A stretch of DNA of 37,473 bases from a virus (taxonomy: Duplodnaviria > Caudoviricetes), in IMG/VR virus record IMGVR_UViG_3300012231_000026, positions 1 through 37,473 of that record. One strand, given 5' to 3'. Below, one piece after another: positions 15,775 to 24,092 of the stretch. Position numbers and translations under genes: made by a program. Within the stretch, counting starts at the first letter, position 1, and the number at the start of each line of letters is the position of its first letter. The notes under the pieces are model-generated. The model ran no database searches. It was not told the origin of the DNA and saw only the letters and a program-made list of their open reading frames with translations.

Positions 15775-16827
15775 ATGGCGCGCTCGCGTAGCAGAACCCA
15801 CTTCATCCTGCGGCACTTCGAGTCGGAGAAAGAGGTTTTTTCCTGGCGGTCGCTGCCGCCATTCGATGGCTTTATCGTCAACATCCAGTACGACCGCGCG
15901 CCTTATATCGCCGAGGTTGCGAAAATGGTCGCGTCTGGCAAGAAATACTTCCGCTATTACTCCTCGATTGACTACCAGTTCTCGTTGACGAACTTCGGGG
16001 GCGCGTCACCGCCCGACGAGGCGACATACTTTAACTGGGTGCGGGACAATGTGCAGTTCAACGGCTCGACGAGTTTCAAGCGCTTGCGGGTTTCGGGTGA
16101 CGTCGGACTCTTCGCGTTCTATCTCTCGGGCGCCGAGCGCCGCGAGCTAATCCCATGGAAGGACGTCACCGGCTCGCTCATGCAGTCGCTGGCGCAAAAG
16201 ATGGTGGATCTCGCGGGCGCCCCAGGCGGGACCACGATTCCATGCGCTGGGATCTTCCTCGATCAGGCGTGGCTTGCGCATGAGTCGTGGATGTATGCGA
16301 CGAATAACGCATCCGGGCACGGGGACACGAAGGAGAGTCAGCCGGGACTCAACCCGCTCAGCTTTGCCAGTGGGTCCACGAACTACGGCACGCCGAGCTC
16401 GACATGGACAGATCATACGACAGCGATCCAAAACTTCATCTTCGAGTTACAGGCCCGGATGGCGGTGCTTAATCCAGCGGCTATCGTGCTGGCAAACGGA
16501 GATCGCAAGACGGTCAATTCGACCACCGTCCCGAAGCCGTGGCTTGTAGAAAACGCATGGAATAGCTACGCGGATCACGTCACGGCCGGCGGTGACGGCC
16601 CGCGCTGGGCGGCCGCCCAGGTGAACTGGCTCTCGGACTCGCGGAACGTGCTTAGCCTCGTTGCCTTCGGCGCGGCCAACGGGGCGACCGGGTTCCCGGA
16701 AGCCTTCGCACTCTGGAAGGCGAACGGCGGTTGGATCTCATTCACGAACGACAGCACCGTTTCCGCCGTCATCAACCGCGAGTCAGCTTACGTGGATGCG
16801 GCGATGATCCAGGGCGGGCACTACTAG
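15775..16827 (+). CDS. Putative glycoside-hydrolase-like TIM-barrel protein (paralogue 1)
   Basis: GIFLDQ, VLANG, LVEN motifs resembling GH114/GHL15-type barrels; co-linear similarity to 29156..29956. Confidence 0.5.
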   Translation: MARSRSRTHFILRHFESEKEVFSWRSLPPFDGFIVNIQYDRAPYIAEVAKMVASGKKYFRYYSSIDYQFSLTNFGGASPPDEATYFNWVRDNVQFNGSTSFKRLRVSGDVGLFAFYLSGAERRELIPWKDVTGSLMQSLAQKMVDLAGAPGGTTIPCAGIFLDQAWLAHESWMYATNNASGHGDTKESQPGLNPLSFASGSTNYGTPSSTWTDHTTAIQNFIFELQARMAVLNPAAIVLANGDRKTVNSTTVPKPWLVENAWNSYADHVTAGGDGPRWAAAQVNWLSDSRNVLSLVAFGAANGATGFPEAFALWKANGGWISFTNDSTVSAVINRESAYVDAAMIQGGHY

Positions 16828-16828
16828 G

Positions 16829-17677
16829 ATGGCGAAATGGGCGAAGCTCTCAGGCGTCACGCTCTATACGCCGCTGATTGCACAGTACCTGCACGAGCGC
16901 ACGCGGAAGTGGTACGTGCGCCTCGAGCGCGCGAACGCTGCCGCCCCGCTCTCGGTGAAGGTGTACGCCATGCAGGCGGACGCCGTCGCCAACAACGCCA
17001 GCAACTCGGGCGCGGGCTCGGTGGCTGCGACGGGCGGGCGGCTGAAGCTCGTGCTGACGGCTGGACCGCAGGCGCCCTCACTCGCAGGCGCCGTGCTCTA
17101 CGTGCAGATGAATGGCGACTTGGCGCTCGCGATCGGGACCGCGCTTTGGGAAGTGGATCTTGGGAAGCAGATCGAGCGCGCCCACCTGTGGCTGCTGCGC
17201 GCCTTCTCGAAAATCTCGACGGCCAACGGCTACTTCACGGACTTTGCACACATCGAGCGCGGCTTGCGGACCTGGGAGGACGCGAAGGAGAAGGGGCTAC
17301 TCCCATATCTCGGCGTGGCGCAGACGCGGATCGAGTGCGTCGATCAAATCATCGGCGGCGCCCCGCGCGGGAGCTTGACCACGACGCTCTCCATTACGTG
17401 CGCTGCCTACGATGAGAACGTGCTCGGACCGGAGGAGACGCACGACACCGACTCGGCGTTCGTGTTCCACGATCTCCGGCGCGCGATCAACGCGGCGTAC
17501 TCGGCGGATGGCGCCTACGGCGGGCTACAGGACGACGGGCAGGCGGTCGTGGCGTACAAGTTCAACGCCGGTGAAGCAGAACTAGGAATGGAGTGGGCGC
17601 GCCACAAGGGGCTGCTCTACTTCGAGGTGAGCCTCACCCTTAACGAGATGGGGCCGAGCGAAGTTTCTACAGGATAA
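16829..17677 (+). CDS. Tail terminator-like protein with N-terminal extension
   Basis: ISTANGYFTD..LPYLGV motif in C-terminal half; directly upstream of tail tube. Confidence 0.6.
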   Translation: MAKWAKLSGVTLYTPLIAQYLHERTRKWYVRLERANAAAPLSVKVYAMQADAVANNASNSGAGSVAATGGRLKLVLTAGPQAPSLAGAVLYVQMNGDLALAIGTALWEVDLGKQIERAHLWLLRAFSKISTANGYFTDFAHIERGLRTWEDAKEKGLLPYLGVAQTRIECVDQIIGGAPRGSLTTTLSITCAAYDENVLGPEETHDTDSAFVFHDLRRAINAAYSADGAYGGLQDDGQAVVAYKFNAGEAELGMEWARHKGLLYFEVSLTLNEMGPSEVSTG

Positions 17678-17690
17678 AGGGGAAAACTGC

Positions 17691-17701
17691 GTGGCAACCG
17701 G
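17691..17701 (+). promoter_or_regulatory. Conserved pre-gene element (GTGGCAACCGG)
   Basis: 25 nt before tail tube GTG. Confidence 0.7.
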
Positions 17702-17715
17702 GAAAGTGACATGCA

Positions 17716-18885
17716 GTGGGTTCGCCTTCAGGACAGTATTCGCGGCTGTATTTCCGCAAGGAGGCCGTGCCCGGCACCTTCGCGGTGTTTTCGGCGGTCG
17801 CTGGGCTCAAGCTCTACCAAGAGGAGTTCCAGCCGCGTCCGACCAAGACGCCAATCCGCTACCAGGAAAACAAGGGCGGCGTGATCTTCGACAACCCGGA
17901 CTTCACGCCTGGGCCGCAGGGCGTTACAGGGACGCTCCGCTTTGCGCTCCGTTACTCGGGCGTCCATGCGGTCATGCTCGGGCACGCGCTCGGGCAAATG
18001 GGCACGACAGGGCCGTCTGGATCGCCCCCACAGTACACGCATGCGGCAGATGGCGGCCCTGGCACCCCGTCTCTGCCTGGCCGATACAACTCGCTCTCCT
18101 TCCTGCATCAGCGGCCAATTAATGATGCGGGGACTACCTTCAAGCAAACAGAACTGATTGGCGCCAAGATCGGGAGGATGCGGCTCACGCAGAGCGTCGG
18201 ACAGCCGTTCATCATCTGCGAGATGGACATCGTTGCGCAGGAAGCTCGGTACAACACGACAGCGACGTCGCCTGCGGCCCTTCCGCCCGATACCGGCACC
18301 GGCTTTGCGCCGCATGAATCGCTTGTCCAGGCTTCGCACGTCGTCGGCGCGAGCGGCAACAACTTCAGCTTCCAATCGCGGTTAGGCACCACGCCCGGGA
18401 CGGAAGTCTTCCCTCGGCTTGAGGAATGGACTCTCGAACTCAACAACTTCCCCGAGCAACTCGGCGTGATCTCGAACATCAACCGGCAGTCGAACCCGGC
18501 GCGCGGCCAGGTGCGTGAGGTAACGGGCTCGTGGGTGGTCGAGCAAGACGCGTCGACTGACCAGATCGAGGCTGCATTCGGCCTGGCCGCGTCCGATCCG
18601 AGCGCTGAGATAGCGATGGCGTGGTCCTTCGAGAACCCGGCGCAGATCCAGGAAGACATGGTCATTCAAGTGTCTTCGGCGTATATCACGCAGCCCGAGC
18701 GTGGCACGACGGGGACCGGGCCGCAGCGGCGTCGGTACAACTTTACAGCGCATGGCGCTGGGCCGAATGGCAACTGGCCGGCAGCGTACCCGCTGAAGGT
18801 GACCATCAAGAGCCTGATTGAATTACCACCTTCCTCGGCGGATGGCCCCAAGTACGGAGATCACGTCACGGGTGCAGGCGGTTAG
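17716..18885 (+). CDS. Major tail (tube) protein
   Basis: KEAVPGT, VTGTL, YTH, GAKIGRMRL, LELNN, REVTGS motifs; synteny before chaperone and TMP. Confidence 0.8.
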   Translation: MGSPSGQYSRLYFRKEAVPGTFAVFSAVAGLKLYQEEFQPRPTKTPIRYQENKGGVIFDNPDFTPGPQGVTGTLRFALRYSGVHAVMLGHALGQMGTTGPSGSPPQYTHAADGGPGTPSLPGRYNSLSFLHQRPINDAGTTFKQTELIGAKIGRMRLTQSVGQPFIICEMDIVAQEARYNTTATSPAALPPDTGTGFAPHESLVQASHVVGASGNNFSFQSRLGTTPGTEVFPRLEEWTLELNNFPEQLGVISNINRQSNPARGQVREVTGSWVVEQDASTDQIEAAFGLAASDPSAEIAMAWSFENPAQIQEDMVIQVSSAYITQPERGTTGTGPQRRRYNFTAHGAGPNGNWPAAYPLKVTIKSLIELPPSSADGPKYGDHVTGAGG

Positions 18886-18908
18886 TCACTGAACCTGGAG
18901 GAATCACC

Positions 18909-19430
18909 ATGTTTCGGACCAAGGAAGTGGACCTGGGAGGCGATCTCCGGGCGGTAATACGCCGCCCGGATTTCGCCGTCTGGGTGCTCTACGAAGACCT
19001 GCTCTTCGACCGCTACGAAGCGGACGAGGCAGAAGCCAAGATCTCGAACGAGGAGAAGATCATTCGCGCGCAGATGGAGCGCGAGGGGCAGAAGATCGAC
19101 AAGGGACCGCACGTGAAGAAGTTCACGGCGGAGAAGTCCCGGCGCATCTCCAAGTACGTGCAGGATGAATTGCTCGTCGACGCGCTCGTAGCACTCAAGG
19201 AGGGCGACGATCTGCACGTGTTCATTCGGGATGACGGGTCGCGGGTGCTCCCGCCCCCGATCGACTTCCGGGACATCGGCCCGCACCGGTGCATGGACAT
19301 TGCGCACGAAGTGACCTTCTTCGTCTACGAGACACGGTCGCTCTCCTTTCGTGCGCGCCGGGAGGATACGCCCGGCAACAGCGAGGCGCCTGCTCTCGCT
19401 CTCACGAGCGACGGGGCGGCGGCTCACTGA
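18909..19430 (+). CDS. Tail assembly chaperone (gpG-like)
   Basis: GGAGG RBS; lies between tube and TMP. Confidence 0.75.
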   Translation: MFRTKEVDLGGDLRAVIRRPDFAVWVLYEDLLFDRYEADEAEAKISNEEKIIRAQMEREGQKIDKGPHVKKFTAEKSRRISKYVQDELLVDALVALKEGDDLHVFIRDDGSRVLPPPIDFRDIGPHRCMDIAHEVTFFVYETRSLSFRARREDTPGNSEAPALALTSDGAAAH

Positions 19431-19602
19431 GATTCTTGACATGGAGGCAGGCGAGGCCCTTGCCGAGCTTGAGCTCGCGCAGATCGCCCGGGAGGAAGTG
19501 TTGGGTGATCTCCACGCGCGGATGATCACGGCGCCCGAGGGTAGCTACTCGACGCGCGCGCTCGTGGTCGAGTTGCTCTTGAACGACATCATGGAGCGAT
19601 AG
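19348..19602 (+). CDS. Tail assembly chaperone extension (gpT-like), probably reached by +1 frameshift
   Basis: +1 frame overlapping the chaperone 3' end, opening across TCC TTT CGT and ending at TMP start. Confidence 0.65.
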   Translation, partial: FVRAGRIRPATARRLLSLSRATGRRLTEILDMEAGEALAELELAQIAREEVLGDLHARMITAPEGSYSTRALVVELLLNDIMER

Positions 19603-22600
19603 TGGCGGAACTGCTCGACATCGAAGTAAGGGTCAACTCGTCCGAGGGCGAGGCGTCCTTCGATCGGATGCGCGCGTCGATTGCGCGCATGGACGAAGCG
19701 CTACGCACCGGGCGAGCGGACCAGTTAATCAGTGCGACGGGGCGCGCCGCGGCGAACCTGGGGCGCGAGTCGAGTGCCGCCGGGCGCGGTGTTGAGCAGC
19801 TCGCGCAGTCGCTGAACACGGCCGCTCGCGGGGCGTCGAGCTTCGAGCGTGAGGCGGAGAAGTCCGCGCGTGCCGCGACGAAGCTAGAGCAGGAGATCGC
19901 GAAGGCGGGGGCGCAGGCGCGCGGTATCGGCCAGGCCGTGCCCGCGGTTACTGCCCTTGGTAGCGCGATTACCGGGCTCGTCACGGCGGCTGCCGGCTTC
20001 GTCTCTATCCGCCAGCTCTTCGCGGCATTCGGTGAAGCCGATCGCGCCTTCGAGATGGCGCGCGCGTTCGATCTCTCGACCTCAAAGCTGATCCTGTGGA
20101 ACCAGACGGCGAAGCAGTTCGGGGCCGATGCGACCGATATTCAGCAGGCGATGCGTGGAGTATCGCAGTCGGTGGGCGATGCGCTCCGCGACCCCGGAGG
20201 CCAGGCTGCGCAGCGCTTCCGCGAACTCAAGATCGACGTCGAGGCGCTCCGCGGCGTGTCGATCGACGAGGTGCTCCTCCGCATCTCGGATGGGCTCTCG
20301 CAGGTCGATGACACCGCCCAGCGGACCAGCATCGCCGTTGACCTGCTCCACGTCCGCAACGCGAATCTATTCTCGCTCCTCCGCGGTGGGCGGAAGGAGA
20401 TCGAGGCCACGATCGCGGAGCTCGCGAAGCTCGGCGTAGTTTCGGATGAGGACGCGGCGGCAGCGGATCGGTTCGGGGATTCGATCGGGCGGACTCAGCT
20501 CGCGATTACGGCGATGGTGCTGCATGCGGCGCCGGCATTCGCGGCGCTCGCTGAGGGTATCGAGGGGCTGACCGTCAAGACGGCCAACTTCTTGAAGCAA
20601 CTGAACGAGGCGCGGAACGCGAGTGCGCCACGGCAGCAGCTTGAAACCGCGGCCGGTCAGAAGATCGAGACTCAGGTTGAGGTGATCGGCGAGGAGCAGG
20701 TCGAGAAGCTCAAGAGCCTGCTCGCGAGTCTACCGCAATCGCTGGCCGTCAAGATCGAGGGGATGGAGGACGCCGAGGACCTGGTCGCGGTCCTCGAGCG
20801 GATCCAGAAGCAAGGGCTCGGGGTACGGGACCTCTTCGGCGACCTCGATAGCGAGTTCCGGGAGAACCGCCAGGCGGACGCGCAACGCCAGCGTCGGCAG
20901 CGGATCGAGGCGCTCCCGCCGGAGGCGCAGGCTGACGTGCGTCAGGAGACGCAGCGGCGGACGCAGAAGTTTGCCCAGGGACTGCCGCCGGACGAGCGTA
21001 GGCAGGCGGCAACGGCCGCGTCCCTTGGCCTTGACAACCAGGTCGATAAGTTCCGGAGCAAGGTCGAGGCTGAGATCCTCGCCGAGAAGGAAAAGCAGCT
21101 CGGGATCGAGAAGGCCAAGAGCGCCAAGAGCCCGCGTGAGGCCGCGATCGCGGAGCGGATTATTCAGCTTCAGGCCGAGGAGGAGCGGCTTCGGGTAGAC
21201 CGGATAGCCAAGCTCCGCCTACACGGCCCGGAGACCACGACACCACCACTCCCGCCCGAGGTCCCGCGCGCACCGATCGACCGGCAGCTACCGCCGCAGA
21301 ACCTCCCGACTGACACGCACCTCACCCGCGACCGCCAGGGCGAGGTTACGAGCACGCAGATTGGCGAGATCCAGACCGATCGCGAGCGGGAGGAAGCCAG
21401 GCGGAAGTCGGCCGCTGCCCTGCGCCCCCAAGAGGTCGAGGAGCAGGCCGGGGCGCTGACGAAGCTCCGAGACGTGATCTCGGATCTTGGGACGATTGCC
21501 GGTGCGACCAAGAGCCGAATTGACGACCTGATCGTTGGTCTGGGCTCGCTCGTTACGTCCTTGCTCAAGCTCGTGCAAGACCTCTCCCGGGCGCGGCCTG
21601 GCGCGGGTGGTGGCGACGTCACCGGGGAGATCGTGGAGACCGTGGACCTCGCTCGGGCGATCGGGCGAGAGGTTGGGGACTCGGTCCTGCCGCTCGTCGA
21701 AGCGGGGCAGAATGTGGCCGGCGCCGGATTCCGGGAGGATCAGCCGACCGCGGAAGAACTCCGGGGGATTGACCAGCCGCTCGACATCTCCCGGCAGTCG
21801 ATCGCCCAGCTTGCCGCGGCGGTTGAGCCGAGCGCCGCTGAGTTCGACCAGGCACCCCAGGCGCAGCGATTGGCGGAGCGGGTGGCACCACTACCGCCGA
21901 CGCCTACCGCGCAAGCCCCGGTAGCTCTCACCACGCGCTCTGTGCGCGCTCTGGGGGAGGAGATTCGAACGGAGGCGGAGGGCGCCGCGGCGGTGCCCCG
22001 CCCCGAGGCCGAGACGAGAAAGCTGGCGGAGGCGCTACGACCCGCGGCCCAACCCGAGGCACGCACCGGTACACCCGCGGTTGTCCAGCGCCCCGCTGGC
22101 CCAGCAGTTGGCCCCTTGCAAGAACTCCGAGCCGCGGCCGCGGGCCGCGAGCGTGAGACGGGGCGCGTGCGTGAGTCGTTCGGCCCGGCAGAGAGAGCGG
22201 AGCAGGCTGCGACGGCACGATCTGAGCAGCTTGGCCGCGAGCTTGAGCCGGTAGTCGAACGGCTCCGCGCGCCGCTTGAGGAGCAGGCGTTGCCGGAGCG
22301 GCCGGCCCTGCCGGAGCTGCCGGATCTCCGCCTTAAGCCCCAGAAGGTGCAGCTAGAGGCGCCGGAGGTCCAGCTACCGCCGGCCCGGCGCGTCACGGTG
22401 GAGCCGGAGCGGATTCGCCTGGCACTCCTCCGCGAGCCTCCCGCCCCGCGCGAGGCGCCGCCAGTCGTGGAGCGCCCGGTGGCGCGGCCCGTTGCACGCC
22501 CGGCCGAGCCGGTCCCGCCCACGCTCGAGCGACTGCGCCCGGCGGCCCAGGCACCCCAGGTGCGGGAGCTGCCCAAGCCCCCGGCGGCGCCAGCCCAGGT

Positions 22601-24092
22601 GGAGCGCCCCAGGCTTCTCCGCGAACCGCCGGAGTCGGTGGAGAGGCCGCGGCTTCTCCGGGAACCGCCGGGACCGGCGACACCTCCCGCCTCGCCCCGG
22701 GCCGCATCGGTACGGGAGCTCGCTACCCCGCCGGCTAGGCCGGAGGTGGCAGCGCGCGAGATCGCCAGCCAGCTCCGCCCGGTGTCCAGGGAATTGTCGG
22801 AGGTCCCGCGCACGATCCAGCGCCTCGGCGCGCCGCGCCCGGCACCGATCACCGAACTCGGGGCGCAGGTCCGCGCCCAAGAGTCCGCGGGGCGTCTCCG
22901 CGTGCTCTCCGGCCGAGAGTTTCTTGAGACTGCCCAGCGTGCGCCCGCCCGCGTGGCTCTCCCGACTGCTACGGCTACGGCTGGGCCAGCGGCGGGCGCC
23001 CCCTCTCGTGGCTTCGTCGAGGCGCTCACGGTGCCGATCCGGGCCGCTCTCCGCCCCGTGGGCCAGGTAGCGCAGGCCGTGGCCGCCCCGGTGGTCCGAG
23101 CGCTCCGCCCGGTGGTGGAGCCCGTTACCCGTGCCTTTGCCCCGGCCGTGCGCGCAATCGCGGCACCATTCCGAGCGATCGCCGAGCCGGTCGCAAGTGC
23201 GGTTGAGCGGGTCGCTCGTCCGATCGGGAGAGGTGTCGAGGCTCTCGCGGCCCCGGTGGTCCGAGCCGTGGCGGCACCATTCCGCGCCGCCGGGTTCCTC
23301 CGTGATGAGGCGGCACCGATCGGGCGCCTCGCGGGCGTGCCGTTGCAGGGGCCGCAAACGGCCGCCCAGGCGGCTGGCGGCTTCTTCGGCACCATCGCTC
23401 CGATCATCAAGACGGTTTCGTCAGTGCTCCCGATCATCAGCACTATCGGCTCGCTCTTTGGCCTTATCGGCGGCGATAGGCGCGAGGATGAGCGCCAAGC
23501 ACGAAGGCGCCAGGAGTTCGGTCGCCAGGTGCAGGAAGGCGGCCCGCTGCTCGTCCGCGCCCACGAGCTCTCCGGCGCCTTCAGGCAATCGGCCGAAGTG
23601 CCGGGGTCCTTGCCGCCTCTCCGCCCGGGGCGCGAGCCAGAACTAGCGCCCTCGGTGGCAACCCTCCGCGGGGCCGCCACCATCCCCGCCCCGGAGCGCG
23701 AGCGTGAGTTCGCAACCGTCGCCCCGGGACGCGCCCCAGAGGAGCCGCTACGGCGTGCGGCTGCCATTGGCCGTCCCACCCCGGAGGAGCCATCGCGGCG
23801 CGCTGCTGCGATCGCCTCCCTTGCCCGGGAGGAGCAGCCACTCAAGGCGGCCGATCTCATCCGGCAGATCAGCGCCGCAGCCAGGACCGAGCCCGCCCCG
23901 ACGAGCCAAGCGCAGCGCACTCAGGCCGCGGAGGAGATCCGGCGCCGGGACCAGTTCACCCAGCGCCAGGGCAACAAGATCGACCTCGCCATTACGGCGC
24001 TCGATGCCAAGGGCGTGGTGGACCTGTTCTCGTCCGAGAAGGGTCGGGACGCGCGCAAGTACCTCGCCGAGTTCGTGGGGTTGGGGGACTGA
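19602..24092 (+). CDS. Tape measure protein with long Pro/Ala/Arg/Glu-rich region
   Basis: 1496 aa, N-terminal LDIEVRVNS, helical Ala-rich TMP-like first 400 aa; synteny. Confidence 0.85.
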   Translation: MAELLDIEVRVNSSEGEASFDRMRASIARMDEALRTGRADQLISATGRAAANLGRESSAAGRGVEQLAQSLNTAARGASSFEREAEKSARAATKLEQEIAKAGAQARGIGQAVPAVTALGSAITGLVTAAAGFVSIRQLFAAFGEADRAFEMARAFDLSTSKLILWNQTAKQFGADATDIQQAMRGVSQSVGDALRDPGGQAAQRFRELKIDVEALRGVSIDEVLLRISDGLSQVDDTAQRTSIAVDLLHVRNANLFSLLRGGRKEIEATIAELAKLGVVSDEDAAAADRFGDSIGRTQLAITAMVLHAAPAFAALAEGIEGLTVKTANFLKQLNEARNASAPRQQLETAAGQKIETQVEVIGEEQVEKLKSLLASLPQSLAVKIEGMEDAEDLVAVLERIQKQGLGVRDLFGDLDSEFRENRQADAQRQRRQRIEALPPEAQADVRQETQRRTQKFAQGLPPDERRQAATAASLGLDNQVDKFRSKVEAEILAEKEKQLGIEKAKSAKSPREAAIAERIIQLQAEEERLRVDRIAKLRLHGPETTTPPLPPEVPRAPIDRQLPPQNLPTDTHLTRDRQGEVTSTQIGEIQTDREREEARRKSAAALRPQEVEEQAGALTKLRDVISDLGTIAGATKSRIDDLIVGLGSLVTSLLKLVQDLSRARPGAGGGDVTGEIVETVDLARAIGREVGDSVLPLVEAGQNVAGAGFREDQPTAEELRGIDQPLDISRQSIAQLAAAVEPSAAEFDQAPQAQRLAERVAPLPPTPTAQAPVALTTRSVRALGEEIRTEAEGAAAVPRPEAETRKLAEALRPAAQPEARTGTPAVVQRPAGPAVGPLQELRAAAAGRERETGRVRESFGPAERAEQAATARSEQLGRELEPVVERLRAPLEEQALPERPALPELPDLRLKPQKVQLEAPEVQLPPARRVTVEPERIRLALLREPPAPREAPPVVERPVARPVARPAEPVPPTLERLRPAAQAPQVRELPKPPAAPAQVERPRLLREPPESVERPRLLREPPGPATPPASPRAASVRELATPPARPEVAAREIASQLRPVSRELSEVPRTIQRLGAPRPAPITELGAQVRAQESAGRLRVLSGREFLETAQRAPARVALPTATATAGPAAGAPSRGFVEALTVPIRAALRPVGQVAQAVAAPVVRALRPVVEPVTRAFAPAVRAIAAPFRAIAEPVASAVERVARPIGRGVEALAAPVVRAVAAPFRAAGFLRDEAAPIGRLAGVPLQGPQTAAQAAGGFFGTIAPIIKTVSSVLPIISTIGSLFGLIGGDRREDERQARRRQEFGRQVQEGGPLLVRAHELSGAFRQSAEVPGSLPPLRPGREPELAPSVATLRGAATIPAPEREREFATVAPGRAPEEPLRRAAAIGRPTPEEPSRRAAAIASLAREEQPLKAADLIRQISAAARTEPAPTSQAQRTQAAEEIRRRDQFTQRQGNKIDLAITALDAKGVVDLFSSEKGRDARKYLAEFVGLGD
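22599..22670 (+). repeat. 39-nt-period tandem duplication in TMP (VERPRLLREPP x2)
   Basis: Near-identical copies at 22599 and 22638. Confidence 0.8.

Noticed and set aside
17691-18122. Alternative-frame ORF MATGKVT starting at the motif GTG
   Set aside because: Overlaps the tail tube gene with non-protein-like composition; other motif copies do not open comparable ORFs and one begins with CTG
21740-23920. 726-aa antisense ORF inside the tape measure gene
   Set aside because: Antisense stops in this register need sense Tyr codons or T-ending codons before His/Gln. TMP lacks Tyr here and is GC3-rich, so the ORF is a shadow.
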